A stretch of 63,961 nucleotides of DNA, counting the filler, from Octopus bimaculoides (Eukaryota): assembly GCF_001194135.2 (NCBI RefSeq). It is 5 parts of 4 records of this genome, joined end to end, with 100 filler letters (N's around TTAATTAATTAA, not from the genome) between each part and the next. Parts side by side here need not be neighbours in the genome. Positions count along the whole stretch, not along the records: positions 24,077 to 44,350 come from NC_068982.1; positions 44,451 to 58,421 come from NC_068991.1; 3 more parts are not named here. One strand, written 5' to 3'. The notes under the pieces were generated by a model that saw only the letters and a program-made list of their open reading frames with translations, had not been told where the DNA came from and made no database searches. This document shows positions 36,431-52,210 of the stretch, piece by piece. The first letter of the stretch is position 1; each line of letters starts with the position of its first letter. Position numbers and translations under genes: made by a program.

Positions 36431-37757
36431 GAATAAAACAGAGAAAAAAAGGATGAATGAAAACGAAATGAAAAGGTATCTAAATAAAGACAAAGAAAAG
36501 AGATATATGCACAGGATGGAGAAGAAATTTCGAGAAAATGGAAAAGAAAATTGAAAGAAGAACGAAATACGCATTGAAAGAAAATGTTGGTGAGGAGAAA
36601 GATTTAAGGAAAAACAAAACAAAGAAAACGTAATTTATAAAAAATATGTGTATATATAATATGTAAAAATAGTAAAGAAGAAAAAGGTTGACTTGGTTTA
36701 AAGGAACGAAAAATGTAAGAAAATGTGAGTTGATGGTTGAATATACCGAGACAAAATGGCTGACCTAATAGAAGAACGGATAAAAAATAAATACAAAAAA
36801 TTGTTAAAATGTTATCTCCTTTATAAATCCTTCCAATAACCTTTTTACTCTGGAAGATCATTGGCTAGCTGTATGTAGTGTGTGAGTGTCTGTGTGTGTG
36901 CTACTGTGTAATTGTATAATATACATACATACATGTATGTATGTATGTATGTATGCATGTATGTATGCATGTATGTATGTATTGCTGAATGGACGGCTGG
37001 CTGGATCGATCGATTAATGGATGAAAAACTAGTGATGGGTTATGGAGAGATATTTTGATGCTGCTGCTGTTGTTGTTATATATACATACATATACATAAT
37101 ACATACATACATTCATGCACATATATATGTTTTTGTGTGTGTGTGTGTATGTATATAACATGTGTGTATATATTTTTATACATATATATGTATATAATTT
37201 AATATTATCTATCTATCATGCACACATATACATACTCGCTCATACACGCACACATACAAGGTTACTTAAATTGAGGTCTGTTGTTATTGAACTTCCGGTC
37301 AATCGTGATCGAATAAATCTATCATCAAAGGCTTTCCATCCATGAACATCCCATCAGTTATTTAAAGATAGTGTATCAAGGATTACATTATCCGTCCCCC
37401 ATCCTTTTTTAAAATGGTTGGCAGTGATATAAGACTGGGTCGAGCCACCAACCACCTTGAGTCATATTTATTCTTCTATTGTGCCGTTGCCATTGTTGCT
37501 TTTGTTATCGTTTATGTTGTTGCTGTCGTCTTTTTGTTGATTTTGTTGTTGGTGTTGTTGCTGTTATTTTGTTGGTGTCGTTGTCGTTGCTGTTACGGTT
37601 TTTCCTGTGGATTATGCTCTTTCCGTGTTTGTTCCTTGCCACAGAAATCTTTATGTAAGACAGTGATGAAAGTGTAGCCATGGTGGTCAACGGCTTCCTT
37701 TCCTTAAAACCAATCCAGAATTAAATTACACTTGAACATTACCTACTGACACTTAGT

Positions 37758-38552
37758 CTGCCTTTATCAGAGTCCAGTTTGTTGCAAGCATTCGGGTTTC
37801 GTTTGTGATTTAAATTAAATTCCATTCACAGATGCTATTAACACCAGAATCCTAAAACCAACTTCATAACATGTTCTACTAAACGAGTGAATTTACACAG
37901 AACCTTCACTAATACTGATATTCTCGATATATCCTGCACAATATGCTTCAAGATTTATAGCATCTGTAACACATGATGTTTATTGTTAATTTATATGTTT
38001 TATTAAGGCGGCGAGTTGGCAGAATAGTTAGTTAGTCGGACAAAATTCTTAGTGGCATTTCTCCCGGCTCTTTGTTTTCTGGGGTCAAGTCCCGCCAAGT
38101 TCAACTTTGCTTTTCTTTCCTTCGGGGTCGATAAAATAACGTTCAAATACCGGGAATGATGTAACGGCTTATTCTCTCCCTTCAAGATTTTTGGCCTGGA
38201 ACCATGCAATGGACCAGTGTCCCGATAGGGGAAATGTTATTTCGGTCACTTGTACATCATGGAAACCGGGAACCGGCATTATGAGTGCTAAGGCTCAAGA
38301 GAAAATATGCTTTACTACAGTATAGTCTTTCGTACAACATTACCCTTTCCACATTCCAACACGACATAGACATCATGGACTTTGATGTTTGTTCATTGCT
38401 TTCACTTCATTTTTATATTTTTATTCAAGATGACAAAATTGTCCTTATGATGTCTTCCAGGCTATTCAACACAGGAGGGACGCAGCAAGACATTCTCCAA
38501 ATCACGAACCGAGCCCGAATGTTTGCAACAGATTGGACTCCGCTAAAGGCAG
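37758..38552. repeat. 54-bp long-range inverted pair (37758-37811 / 38499-38552), 45/54 identical
   Basis: CTGCCTTTATCAGAGTCCAGTTTGTTGCAAGCATTCGGG.. aligns without gaps to the reverse complement of ..CCCGAATGTTTGCAACAGATTGGACTCCGCTAAAGGCAG. Confidence 0.85.
38007..38175 (+). mobile_element. SINE family C copy
   Basis: GGCGGCGAGTTGGCAGAATAGTTAG..GGTCAAGTCCCGCC..CCTTCGGGGTCGATAAAATAA. Confidence 0.8.
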
Positions 38553-38557
38553 CATAG
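38461..38557 (+). CDS. Candidate internal exon (AIQHRRDAARHSPNHEPSPNVCNRLDSAKGSI), unknown gene
   Basis: GTCTTCCAG| acceptor after a T-rich tract, 97 nt open, weak AG|GTATCA donor. No homology recognised. Confidence 0.2.
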
Positions 38558-39594
38558 GTATCAGATGATAATGTTCGAGCGTGATGCATTTCCATTCAAC
38601 CATGTCTGATGATTGTAAATTTACCTTTACACACTTGAAAAGTTCTTCAACATGAAACTCTCGATGGTATCAACAGGCTGTTATGAGACAAAATATATAA
38701 TATTGCATAAGAAATATACATGCAAACATACATACATATTATATATATATNNNNNNNNNNNNNNNNNNNNNNNNNNNNNNNNNNNNNNNNNNNNNNNNNN
38801 NNNNNNNNNNNNNNNNNNNNNNNNNNNNNNNNNNNNNNNNNNNNNNNNNNNNNNNNNNNNNNNNNNNNNNNNNNNNNNNNNNNNNNNNNNNNNNNNNNNN
38901 NNNNNNNNNNNNNNNNNNNNNNNNNNNNNNNNNNNNNNNNNNNNNNNNNNNNNNNNNNNNNNNNNNNNNNNNNNNNNNNNNNNNNNNNNNNNNNNNNNNN
39001 NNNNNNNNNNNNNNNNNNNNNNNNNNNNNNNNNNNNNNNNNNNNNNNNNNNNNNNNNNNNNNNNNNNNNNNNNNNNNNNNNNNNNNNNNNNNNNNNNNNN
39101 NNNNNNNNNNNNNNNNNNNNNNNNNNNNNNNNNNNNNNNNNNNNNNNNNNNNNNNNNNNNNNNNNNNNNNNNNNNNNNNNNNNNNNNNNNNNNNNNNNNN
39201 NNNNNNNNNNNNNNNNNNNNNNNNNNNNNNNNNNNNNNNNNNNNNNNNNNNNNNNNNNNNNNNNNNNNNNNNNNNNNNNNNNNNNNNNNNNNNNNNNNNN
39301 NNNNNNNNNNNNNNNNNNNNNNNNNNNNNNNNNNNNNNNNNNNNNNNNNNNNNNNNNNNNNNNNNNNNNNNNNNNNNNNNNNNNNNNNNNNNNNNNNNNN
39401 NNNNNNNNNNNNNNNNNNNNNNNNNNNNNNNNNNNNNNNNNNNNNNNNNNNNNNNNNNNNNNNNNNNNNNNNNNNNNNNNNNNNNNNNNNNNNNNNNNNN
39501 NNNNNNNNNNNNNNNNNNNNNNNNNNNNNNNNNNNNNNNNNNNNNNNNNNNNNNNNNNNNNNNNNNNNNNNNNNNNNNNNNNNNNNNNNNNNNN

Positions 39595-39635
<41 letters not shown>

Positions 39636-40228
39636 CTAAAAAAAGAAAATAGTAGAAAGAAAAAAGGAAAGGTGATCAAAGAAAAATAGAGAACAAAGAA
39701 CGTAAGGAACAAACAAAAGAGAGAAATCTTCTTTTCTGAAAATTATTCATAACCGGAATATCTGCATCTCATTTCTCATCGCCCACAACTGAATCAATAC
39801 ACTATCTCATTTGTGGTGGTCGTGTCTGGCTTCATCACGTTTTCAAACAATGTTTCTTATTTGAAATTCAAGTATATCATGGTGTCGAAGGTTTCTTCAG
39901 GATTTGTGTATTTTCGGCTGGTCAGAGACCATACTTTCTATTACCATATACATAAAGCGTTCATTGTAGTAGTTATATAGTCCGGTTTCCGTTTGCCGTC
40001 GAAAAATTACTCGACCACTGTTTGGGATTTTAAGATGAATTATATAAATAAACATCACAACATCAATACGCAGCCGTTTGTTGGGTATTTTTCTTTTTAG
40101 GGAGTGATGGGGGGGATGAAAGTTTTAATAAGACCGTTGCACATGTTACACAGTAAATAATTTCAAAATATACAGACATATTTAGTAGTAGTATAATAGT
40201 GGTGGTAATGGTGGTGGTGGTAGTAGTT

Positions 40229-40292
<64 letters not shown>

Positions 40293-40499
40293 AGGGGCTA
40301 GAAGGAGTAGGACGAGTTAATTAGCCAATAATGATATTGTTTGATGTACGTGTAGTTTACATGTAGTGAAGTGAACTGTAGTATGTTGTAACGTATGGTA
40401 AAGTTGTGTAGTAGCATTTTAGTGCAGTATAGTGTACTTGTGATGCTGTGTGCTTCGAATGTAGTATAATGTGTTGCGTATAGTACTCTAGTGTACTTG

Positions 40500-40830
40500 C
40501 GTACAGTCGATCATTGACGACCAAATCCGGCAGTGCAGGCTGCAGTGGTTTGACCACGTTTGTAGGATGATCATCGGAAAGCTACCACACCAACTTCTGT
40601 GATGACAGCTACCCAAGCACTGGAGAATCCAGCACAATGCACCAAAAAAGATACGGGCGAAACAAATTGAGGAAGATCTGAACTTGTAGCACCTCGACCT
40701 CGAGCTAAGGCCAGCACCATGGATCGGAAAGTGTGGAATAGTATCATCCCCAGAGTCCGTCGTCCAGCGGCACTCCTTGCAGCGCACTGGTTGAGAGATC
40801 AGCCTCCCTCTCTCGTAGCGCAAGTTAAAT
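40500..40830 (+). mobile_element. RTE LINE 3' end inserted in a degenerate GTA/GTGTA low-complexity field
   Basis: Peptide RQCRLQWFDHVCRM..KLPHQLL resembles the RTE ORF C-terminus. Confidence 0.65.
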
Positions 40831-41629
40831 ATGAAACAAAAAGAAGACGTGTACTTGTGTAATGTTTTGTTCTGTACTTTATTGTAGTATAGTGATGTGT
40901 ACTGCAATGTAGTGTACTTGAAGAGGTTCCTGCTGTGTAGTACAGTATAGTGTACTTGTTGTGAAGCATAGTGAAATGTCACTACAACAGTGTACTTTGT
41001 GTAGTTTTTTTTTGTTTAGGGTAGTAGAATGCACTCCAATGTAGCGTGCTTGGCTAATGTACTTTAATCTACATTATAGAGTTGTGTAGTACACTATAAA
41101 TACTCCCTGTACTTGCCAAAACCCATTGGTCTACAAGTAACAATTTATGTCTGAAGGGTCGCCATTTCTTCCAATATTTCTATATTTACTGTGCGTTTTC
41201 ACTTTGCAGTTCCAAGAAGTTTTACGTCCTTCTCTCTGGTACTGTGTGGAAGAAAAGAACTCACTCGGACATCCAAATGTTCTTGTAGTTGACGTTGCCG
41301 TCCTCACCGTCGTTGTTGTGGCGGGCGTTGATGTTCTTGTTGTTCTTCTGGTTTTGGTTTATGTTTATTTTGCCTTGCTTTTCTTGTTTTTCTCAACTTT
41401 TTTGTTGTTATGTGTGTTTTCTTTTCGTTATTAGTGCAGCTTCAGTTATTTTTACTGTTCTGTAAGAATCCCCTTAGAGACACGTTTCTGTTAGGAAAGG
41501 AACGACAAAAAGAAAAACAAACACAAAGTAAATACATAAACGTAAAAAATACGCAAAACTATAAAAAGAAAAAGAATAAAGATGGTTTATATCTACCTAC
41601 ACCAACACATATACATGTGTGTACTCTAT

Positions 41630-44350
<2,721 letters not shown>

Positions 44351-44450
44351 NNNNNNNNNNNNNNNNNNNNNNNNNNNNNNNNNNNNNNNNNNNNTTAATT
44401 AATTAANNNNNNNNNNNNNNNNNNNNNNNNNNNNNNNNNNNNNNNNNNNN

Positions 44451-44750
44451 AAAACACCTAAAGCTCCACGAGGCTCCGGCAGGGGATGGTGGCGAACCCT
44501 GCTGTACTCTTCCACCACAACTTTCTCTCACTCTTACTTCCTGTTTCTGTTGTGCCTGTAATTCAAAGGGTCAGCCTTGTCACACTGTGTCACGCTGAAT
44601 ATCTCCGAGAACTACGTTAAGGGTACACGTGTCTGTGGAGTGCTCAGCCACTTGCACGTTAATTTCACGAGCAGGCTGTTCCGTTGATCGGATCAATTGG
44701 AACCCTCGACGTCGTAAGCGACGGAGTGCCAACAACAACAACAATTTCAA
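44451..44750 (+). mobile_element. SINE family B-related copy ending in (CAA)n
   Basis: Same core as the 28870-29030 reverse complement but a different upstream sequence. Confidence 0.75.
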
Positions 44751-45725
44751 CAACAGTTACCCCACACGATGCCTGTCAATTGAAAGAGTTGTATCAAACT
44801 TAGTCGTCTAAGAGTTGTACGAGAGACTACACGTCCAAAAGTCTAATTTTGGTGATGGCTACCACATCCATATTAAATAAGAGGTCGTTGAGCAAGTGGC
44901 CAGGGTATGTTTTCTTAGAGGATCATTCAACAAAGCATGAAACTCCTTCCTTTATCTTTACCAACATCAATAGAACGTGTTTGCATTCTTATTTATCCAC
45001 AGTTAGGCTTTGTGGTATTTGCATTTGTTCAACTTCTTCTTCTGATTTACGCTGTGTTGTGCATAGAAAAAATATTGCTTAATACTTATATATTTCTTAT
45101 TAAGCTCTCAACTTGTTATCTATTCATACAGTTGTGTATTTTGTGTATTCAAGTATTTGCATTTTTGTAATATGCACATTCATATACTTGTAGTCTTTGT
45201 ATGTCTGCTCTTCATGCACGGGTGCACACATATGTATATATATATAATCAATATATAATATATATAATCAATATGGCTGACGAAAAACAAATTCAAGAGA
45301 GCAGGATCTCATATGTAATATATCATTTTCATTCCATTGTATTATATGTGTAAACCCCTACTTTATATGCGAGCGTGTGTATGTATATAAGCATATTTAT
45401 ACATCTACATGTAAGGATATGTGTACGTGTACATGTATGTATGGTTGTTTGCATATGAATGGTATATATATTTACTCTCATATAGATATTAGTATGTGTG
45501 TGCGCGCGTGTGTGTGCGTTCAATATATATNNNNNNNNNNNNNNNNNNNNNNNNNNNNNNNNNNNNNNNNNNNNNNNNNNNNNNNNNNNNNNNNNNNNNN
45601 NNNNNNNNNNNNNNNNNNNNNNNNNTATATATATATATATATATATATATATTGAAGAAGAAATTTGTACTTTACAGAAATATAGAGTAACCCCTCGTAT
45701 TAATGTAAAACTGTTTTTATTATAA

Positions 45726-46139
45726 GGTGCAGGTATGGCTGTGTGGTAAGAAGTTTGCTTGCTTCGCAACTACATGGCTTCGGGCTCAGTCCCATTGCGT
45801 GACACCTTGGGCAAGTGGCTTCTGCAATAGCCTCGAGCTGACTAAAGTCTTGTAAGTGGATTTGGTTGAGGGAAACTGAAGGAAGCCCGTTGTATGTTTA
45901 TATGTTTGTGTGTGTGTGTGTGTGTATTTGTGTGTCCGTGTTTCACCCTCCGCCATCGCTTGACAACCGATGCTGCTGTGGTTATGTCCCCGTAACTTAG
46001 CGGCTTGGCAAAACAAACTGATAGAATAAGTATTAGGCTTACAAAGAATAAGTCCTGGGATCGATTTCGTCGACTAAAACCCTTTAAGGCGGTGCTCCAG
46101 CATTGCCGCAGTCAAATGACTGAAACAAGTAAAAGAATA
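45726..46139 (+). mobile_element. SINE family A, full length
   Basis: Head, core and GACTGAAACAAGTAAAAGA tail are all present. Confidence 0.9.
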
Positions 46140-46229
46140 ACTAAACATACAAACACATACACGCGCACACACACACACACACATACATGCATACATATAT
46201 GCATAGACAGACAGATAGATAGATAGATC

Positions 46230-46288
<59 letters not shown>

Positions 46289-47332
46289 TTTAAGTGTACG
46301 CGTGTAGTTTTATTGTTAGTTCTGTGTCACCATATTTGTATGCATATGTGCAAACATGTATGCGTATACATATGTATATAGCACATACAATATGGACTTT
46401 AAATTCATCTACATCTGACTTTGACCTAAGTCCTGCCAGCCTAAAAATAAGAATAGTATTTGAGACCTCCAAATTTCACTACAAATCATAAAATTCGAGA
46501 AACCCCTACTGTCACATACTAAATGGTAACAACACTTTCACCATATATACATTGTACATTTATAAATATGTACAATTACAAATATAGTTATTTTCATCTA
46601 GTTTATAAGTTCTTTTCAGAGACACTCGATTTTGGTGGCTTTCAAAATTATCGCCCCTGATACCAAACTCACAGATGTACCTCATTCAAATGTTTGGGCT
46701 CCATCCTTCTGCCGCTAACTCTGTCATCGAAATAAAATTTTATGAGTTAAAACATGGTAGAATGACCGAGCAAAATATATGTACAAGATGCCCTTTCAGA
46801 TTCAAGAATAATTTTCACCAGCCGAAATTAATATATTGAATTTTCTAGGTCTCCATGCTTTAACTCAAGTTTTAGAAAAGATCTCCAGTATTAAATTCTT
46901 GGAGAAAACTTAGGCTCAAAATTTTGCGGTGGACTTAGAGTCAGAGTTTCAAGAGATGTTTTTTTTTGTTTTTTTTTGTACGTGTTGCTTGTCATTGGCA
47001 CGTGTTGTTTGTCACACATTCAATCGTTAATGTTCTTCTAGATTATTTCTGATCAGAAGTATTTGGCTAATTCACAAATGCCTAAAAAGATTAAAAAGTA
47101 ATAATAAATAAATAAAACAGAATGATGCGAGGAAAAAGAGCTTGGGATACTTTCTCAGCAACTCCTGAGAGTACGATAGGGAGTGAAGCAAACGCTTCTA
47201 ACTTATGCAAGGTGAACGAAATAGTCCCATTATGTTTGGAAACAATGGGACTGTGGGAACTGAATGATTTAAAATTCAAGTTTACATGGAAGAGACCCCA
47301 CCCCCACCTTGCTATTTCATATAGTTTTCAAG

Positions 47333-47394
47333 CCATCATACGACAGTCCAACGTATTAATGTCGCCATTATGATGGAAGCAATAGAAAATGCCT
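47333..47394 (+). CDS. Candidate 62-nt exon (HHTTVQRINVAIMMEAIENA), unknown gene
   Basis: TTTCATATAGTTTTCAAG| acceptor and consensus donor |GTAAGT at 47395; one frame open. No homology recognised. Confidence 0.25.
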
Positions 47395-49099
47395 GTAAGT
47401 GACGAGACATACTATGCCTATAGTTTTTGTATTTAGTTATATATTTTATACTTTTTAACAACATATTTTAAATGTAATTTAAATTTATTTTAACTATGCT
47501 CATATGTAATAATAATGCAATATTTTTTTTTTTACTCTATCGTTTGATAGTTTACTTTAAGATTCTCTGGCCAGCCATCATCTAATAACGTTCTTAACAG
47601 ACACATGTGCTATGGGGAGTGAGACAATATGTATTCAGGAAGTTGTTTTAGTAGCAGTGTTCACTATTTCAAGTTTAGTTTCGGTTTTAGAATTCTTTTA
47701 TGGAATTCTCCATTTGCTTTTCGTAGTTGCCCATTTCATTACTTTACATTTTCCAAATATAGGAACATTATGAATTTTCTCTTTCCACAAATATCTAGAT
47801 GTTCACTACATGAAACATTTCTAAGAGATGTCTCCTTGCTTTGTTGCTTATGTGTCCTAACTCTATGTATTAATTTTGATACTACTTGGCCGATATAATT
47901 CTCTTTGCATTGCGAACATGTGATAGAGTAAGATTTTTCTGTTTAGCAGTTCATATTTCATTGACCTTCAATTCTTTTCTTTCTTGAAATATATATGCAT
48001 ACAGATGCATATAAACGCATATATATANNNNNNNNNNNNNNNNNNNNNNNNNNNNNNNNNNNNNNNNNNNNNNNNNNNNNNNNNNNNNNNNNNNNNNNNN
48101 NNNNNNNNNNNNNNNNNNNNNNNNNNNNNNNNNNNNNNNNNNNNNNNNNNNNNNNNNNNNNNNNNNNNNNNNNNNNNNNNNNNNNNNNNNNNNNNNNNNN
48201 NNNNNNNNNNNNNNNNNNNNNNNNNNNNNNNNNNNNNNNNCTCCACACATGCGAAGGATACTTTTTTCAAGCGACGCCTGTGCATTATGATTTCTTATAG
48301 TGGGGAAAGGATTTGCACGAATCGTTTTCTGTTTTCCTCTTTATGTCTTCGTTTCTCATTATGTTTAACGTTTTTTTTTTTGTAATGTCCTGTACCCATA
48401 TATGCATGTATGTATACATATAGATGTAGGTATGTATATATATGTATGGATATATGCATATATTTATATATTATTTATATTATTATATGATCGAACGCCA
48501 CGCATCCTTTTCCAAGTAAGTTTTATCTTAATAACTACTATGCACACTCTACTACTATTACTATCACTTCTCTGTCTATCTCTCTCCCTCTCTTGTTCTT
48601 CATCCTTTCTGTTTTTCTCTCCCACCCTTTCCTTATTCTTCTCTCCCTTTCACCGTTCCCTCTCTCTCTCTCTCTCACTCTTCCTCCTTGACCCTCTCAT
48701 CGCTGACACGTGACGAAAGGGATTCTTTCTTTCTATTCGCTGTCTTCCTATAGAGAAGATGTGATTTTTCTGTCTCTTGTCTCTTCTCTCATTCTCGTCT
48801 AACTAGCGTTCAAAATAATAATTTTTCCTATCGTCTTGGCTTAATAGCCCTTACCGTTTGTTTTCATTGTCTTGTTTTTACTGTCTTGTTCTCACTGTCC
48901 TGTTCTTGTTAACACTTTCACCCTCCGCAAAAAATACCAAATTTTATTTAATTTGCGTTGTGGGAAGGACTGTTCCAACGAAGTCGCATATTGTCCTTGC
49001 CTTCGAAACGTGTATTGTCCTGTGCCTTCATGGCACAGTGGTCGTCGTCGCAGTTCAGTGGAGAACATTACAGTAGCAACAGCCTTTCCGTGGTAGTAA

Positions 49100-49700
49100 C
49101 CAGATTTGGTTAGGTTGGATTGTCAACTTGGATGAGAGACGTAGTTTTTACGATCGATAGGGATTAATTACTGTACTCTTAAGAATGAAGTAACCAAGTT
49201 CATTAACAAGGCGTACCTCATTTTCTCTATTGATTGATACTTCTAGTTGGTAGAGTTTGTGCAATTTTTCGTGAACGCAGAGTTGGCGATTGCGAAATCC
49301 AGATGTCCCGGTCAATGATAATCTATTCGATGTTAAGGAAGTCGTTCCGATAATTACTGGGTCTCCAGATAAGACGGACCAGGAAGGTGAAGTTTTCCCT
49401 ATCCTTGCACTTAATGAGTGCATATGTTGTGTATACCTTCCCTTGAAATCATTTGGCTGCCCTGTCTGTGTAATGTCTTGCAATACCATCAGATGGTGTA
49501 ATGAAGGTTCTATAGACCACAGCTCTGGGTACATATCTGGGTACATGACGTTGCAAAAGAACATGGACAAAATGATAAACAATGTACAACAAACAAGCAG
49601 GCCACATAGAGAACATATCCTTCATCAGCTGCCACCATTAAAACACCGGCGTTTCGAAGAGTTAGGGCAGGACACATCGTTAAAATGGCTCTTCCCACGA
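49100..49700 (-). mobile_element. Penelope-like GIY-YIG C-terminal fragment with adjoining terminal-repeat-like sequence
   Basis: ORF 49148-49582 ..GQPNDFKGRYTQHMHSL..KTS..LCVHEK..INRENE parallels the GIY-YIG ORF at 21916-22329. Confidence 0.55.
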
Positions 49701-50199
49701 ACACAAATTAAATTTTTTTTCGTGGAGGATAGTGGCGGATGGAAAACAAGACAGGAAAACGAAACGGTGAAATAAATAAATATATATATATATATATATT
49801 ACGTTCCAAATATATGTGTATATATCTTTATTTGCAAATTGGATTGAGCACTTTGTTTTCGATAATATAGATGGTATATGTCAAACTAAATGACTATGTG
49901 CTTCGTTGGATTTTTATTGATGTGTGTGTATGTGTGTCCATGTATGCATATACATTCATGTGTGTGTGTGTGTGCGTGTATCTCGACACAAACATACTCC
50001 CATACACATGCTCGCTCACACACGCACGTGCATCTAGATACGCAGACACAAGCATACACAACACGTGTGGGCATGTATGCTTATATATATTCTCATAAGA
50101 ATGTTTATAATTTAGTTTGTCTGCATTATATATGCTTATATTTATCGGTCTATCTACATAACTATCCAATGTATCTGTTTAACCGTATGTCTAAATATA

Positions 50200-50405
50200 T
50201 ACATACATGCATACGCACATATATACGCGCACACATACATACATACATACATACATACATACATACATACATACATACACACATACATGCATAATACATA
50301 TATGTATACATACGTACTTATGCACAAACATACATACATACATACATACATGCATACGTACACATACATGCATACCCTTAAACATACAAATATACAATGT
50401 ATATA

Positions 50406-50448
<43 letters not shown>

Positions 50449-50523
50449 CAAGAAAGAAAGAAAGAAAGAAAGAAAGGAGAGAAGGAGGGAAGGAAAAAAG
50501 AAAGAAAGAAAGGAGAGAAGAAG

Positions 50524-50588
<65 letters not shown>

Positions 50589-50800
50589 GAAGAAAGAAAG
50601 ATGTTATTTGTTACAGATGGACGCCTCTGGCTTCACGCCTGATTTCTCTTCATTTATGTTGTTTTATGTTCTTCGACGAATATTTTTTTTTAGTTACTTT
50701 GTTATATTTAAGTGTATTTTTTTTCTTTCTTTTATTTCTCTTCTTACAATTAGATCAGTGATGTGTAAACTTTTGCTGATGTTTTCATCCCTCTACTCTC

Positions 50801-50885
<85 letters not shown>

Positions 50886-51050
50886 GTCTCTCTGTCTCTC
50901 TCTCTCTCTTTATCTTCATCTCCATTATGGATGTATTCATATATGCAGATAGAAAGAGGCAAAGAGACGGTGAGAGAGAGCGAGAGAGAGAGAGAGAGAG
51001 AAAGAAAGAAGGAGAGAGAGAAAAAGAGAGGGACAGAGACAGAGACACAG
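50200..51050. repeat. (CATA)n, (GAAA)n, (CT)n and (GA)n microsatellites
   Basis: Read directly. Confidence 0.95.
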
Positions 51051-51901
51051 AGTTACGTACTCTGTTCATCAATTGNNNNNNNNNNNNNNNNNNNNNNNNN
51101 NNNNNNNNNNNNNNNNNNNNNNNNNNNNNNNNNNNNNNNNNNNNNNNNNNNNNNNNNNNNNNNNNNNNNNNNNNNNNNNNNNNNNNNNNNNNNNNNNNNN
51201 NNNNNNNNNNNNNNNNNNNNNNNNNNNNNNNNNNNNNNNNNNNNNNNNNNNNNNNNNNNNNNNNNNNNNNNNNNNNNNNNNNNNNNNNNNNNNNNNNNNN
51301 NNNNNNNNNNNNNNNNNNNNNNNNNNNNNNNNNNNNNNNNNNNNNNNNNNNNNNNNNNNNNNNNNNNNNNNNNNNNNNNNNNNNNNNNNNNNNNNNNNNN
51401 NNNNNNNNNNNNNNNNNNNNNNNNNNNNNNNNNNNNNNNNNNNNNNNNNNNNNNNNNNNNNNNNNNNNNNNNNNNNNNNNNNNNNNNNNNNNNNNNNNNN
51501 NNNNNNNNNNNNNNNNNNNNNNNNNNNNNNNNNNNNNNNNNNNNNNNNNNNNNNNNNNNNNNNNNNNNNNNNNNNNNNNNNNNNNNNNNNNNNNNNNNNN
51601 NNNNNNNNNNNNNNNNNNNNNNNNNNNNNNNNNNNNNNNNNNNNNNNNNNNNNNNNNNNNNNNNNNNNNNNNNNNNNNNNNNNNNNNNNNNNNNNNNNNN
51701 NNNNNNNNNNNNNNNNNNNNNNNNNNNNNNNNNNNNNNNNNNNNNNNNNNNNNNNNNNNNNNNNNNNNNNNNNNNNNNNNNNNNNNNNNNNNNNNNNNNN
51801 NNNNNNNNNNNNNNNNNNNNTTTTACCAGGATGTTACTAACCTTTTTGGGGAAGAAGTTTTTTTCCTAGTGTGTGAGCGTTTTTAATTAACCTATATATA
51901 T

Positions 51902-51954
51902 TAGCTCGTTCAGGATCAGATTACCAAATTGGTAATCTGAGCGTGAACGAGCTA
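51902..51954. other. 53-nt near-perfect hairpin (pre-miRNA-like or mini-MITE)
   Basis: TAGCTCGTTCA-GGA-TCAGATTACC-aaatt-GGTAATCTGA-GCG-TGAACGAGCTA: 11-bp and 10-bp helices around a small internal loop. Confidence 0.8.
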
Positions 51955-52088
51955 TGTTTCTGTTAGAAGCCTGCAAAACTTTAGGTCACATAGAGCTGAA
52001 TCAAACCGTTTTAAATAGTAACAAATGTAACTCCTACTAAATGTATTGAGTGCCATTTTCTTCCGTTTGTCCACTCACTCGTATACAG

Positions 52089-52146
<58 letters not shown>

Positions 52147-52171
52147 CAGACAGAGACAGACAGAGAGATGG

Positions 52172-52210
<39 letters not shown>

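Noticed and set aside
37590-37705. Minus-strand peptide KEAVDHHGYTFITVLHKDFCGK
   Set aside because: Weak acceptor, no canonical donor and no recognisable family.
39797-39812. 16-bp match TCAATACACTATCTCA to ~58290 (minus)
   Set aside because: About one such match is expected by chance in an AT-rich 64-kb window, and it does not extend.
39751-39980. Stop-free + frame of about 75 codons
   Set aside because: No start or splice support and no homology; within chance expectation for 64 kb.
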